Shown: positions 47,552-48,484 of the stretch, one piece after another | Layout of the letters: each line of letters opens with the position of its first letter | How positions within the stretch are numbered: the first letter of the stretch is position 1 | Virus record (IMG/VR): IMGVR_UViG_2737471860_000008 | Span: 1 to 48,484 of that record | Source of the DNA: a virus | Taxonomy: Duplodnaviria > Heunggongvirae > Uroviricota > Caudoviricetes | Length of the DNA stretch: 48,484 nt | Direction: 5' to 3' (one strand) | Position numbers and translations under genes: made by a program | The notes under the pieces: generated by a model | Told to the model about the DNA's origin: nothing | The model's database searches: none | The model's input: only the letters and a program-made list of their open reading frames with translations

Positions 47552-48484
47552 TTATGCTGGGTTTTTATCATTTTTCTTAATGTTTTCCGCACGTTCTGCT
47601 TTTTGGCGTGCTTCTGCTTTACGCTTGTTGCTCATGTCGTTACGAATCTGTGCATGACTCATTAACGCGAAGATAAAGGTGCCGCCGCAGATGTTCCCCG
47701 CTAAAGTAGGTAGTGCGAAGGGCCAGATGAAATCGCTCCAGTGCAGCGTGCCGTTAAACACCAGATAGAGGATTTCAACAGAACCGACAACGATGTGGGT
47801 GGTGTCACCCAGTGCAATAAGCCAGGTCATCAATATAATCACCACAATCTTTGCCGCACCCGCAGCAGGAAACATCCAAACCATAGTGGCGATCAGCCAG
47901 CCGGAAATGATCGCGTTGGCAAACATCTCGCTGGGGGTGTTCTTCATCACATCCATGCCGATTTTGACAAATGCATCGCGAGTTTCTTCATTGAAGATAG
48001 GCATATATTCAAATGCCCATGCAGCAATACCTGTCCCGAGAATATTACCCAGCAGCACGACGCCCCATAATCGCATAAGTAAGCCGACGTTGCTCATTGT
48101 CGGTTTTTGCATGACGGGTAGTACCGCAGTCACGGTGTTTTCGGTAAATAATTGCTGGCGGGCCATAATGACGATAATAAAACCAAAGGTATAACCGAGA
48201 TTCTCCAGTAAGAAGCTGCCTGGCACTCCTTCCAGTTCGACATGAAATATCCCTTTTGCCAGTAGCGAAGCGCCCATCGACAGACCCGCCGCAATGGCTG
48301 ACCACAGTAGCGCCATTGCGTCGCGTTCCAGCTCTTTTTCACCATCCTGGCGGATATGCTCATGAATTGCCATCGCCCGGGAGGGGAGTCGATCTTCATC
48401 TATTTCTATTTTTTTGCCGCGCTCTTTTTCTTCGCTCTCAACTTCAATTTCGTCGCTGTGTTGATCAATTTTGTCGTTGTCCAT
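47552..48484 (-). CDS. yfdC: Inner-membrane formate/nitrite transporter-family protein, 310 aa (start codon at window edge)
   Basis: Multi-TM protein; matches my recollection of E. coli YfdC, the gene that neighbours argW. Confidence 0.7.
   Translation of the reverse strand: MDNDKIDQHSDEIEVESEEKERGKKIEIDEDRLPSRAMAIHEHIRQDGEKELERDAMALLWSAIAAGLSMGASLLAKGIFHVELEGVPGSFLLENLGYTFGFIIVIMARQQLFTENTVTAVLPVMQKPTMSNVGLLMRLWGVVLLGNILGTGIAAWAFEYMPIFNEETRDAFVKIGMDVMKNTPSEMFANAIISGWLIATMVWMFPAAGAAKIVVIILMTWLIALGDTTHIVVGSVEILYLVFNGTLHWSDFIWPFALPTLAGNICGGTFIFALMSHAQIRNDMSNKRKAEARQKAERAENIKKNDKNPA

Overview
The window is an E. coli-like chromosomal segment: host sucrose permease cscB (1-1248), then a complete-looking ~45.7 kb temperate prophage (1690-47416) integrated at tRNA-Arg(CCU) argW, then argW itself (47402-47476, minus) and the host membrane gene yfdC. 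The prophage is bounded by a 15-bp direct repeat (TGGTGTCCCCTGCAG) and is mosaic. It has an IntS-type integrase next to argW and a TorI/AlpA-type excisionase at the far end, as in the K-12 KplE1/CPS-53 remnant. The early-left operon carries exonuclease, SSB, a Rad52-like annealing protein, a Kil-like peptide and a lambda-like N. The immunity region is P22/434-type CI and Cro with lambda CII, flanked by matching nutL and nutR sites. Replication uses an O-like initiator with ori iterons and a DnaB helicase. The nin region has two HNH endonuclease cassettes inserted precisely into ninB and ninF, followed by RusA and a Q-like protein. Two tRNA genes sit upstream of a lambda S-R-Rz/Rz1 lysis cassette. 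Structural genes are Mu-like (terminase, portal, MuF, sheath, tube, tape measure, baseplate) with two tail-fibre genes. The most interesting cargo is (i) a LexA-box-controlled two-gene cassette encoding a UmuD-prime-like protein without the catalytic serine, lying between the two fibre genes, (ii) an AT-rich DUF1311 secreted-protein moron with its own terminator, (iii) a NUDIX hydrolase fused to the head scaffold protein, and (iv) a fibre with an SGNH-esterase-like domain. No CRISPR array or rRNA was found. All family assignments are from reading the translations and from memory, not from database searches.
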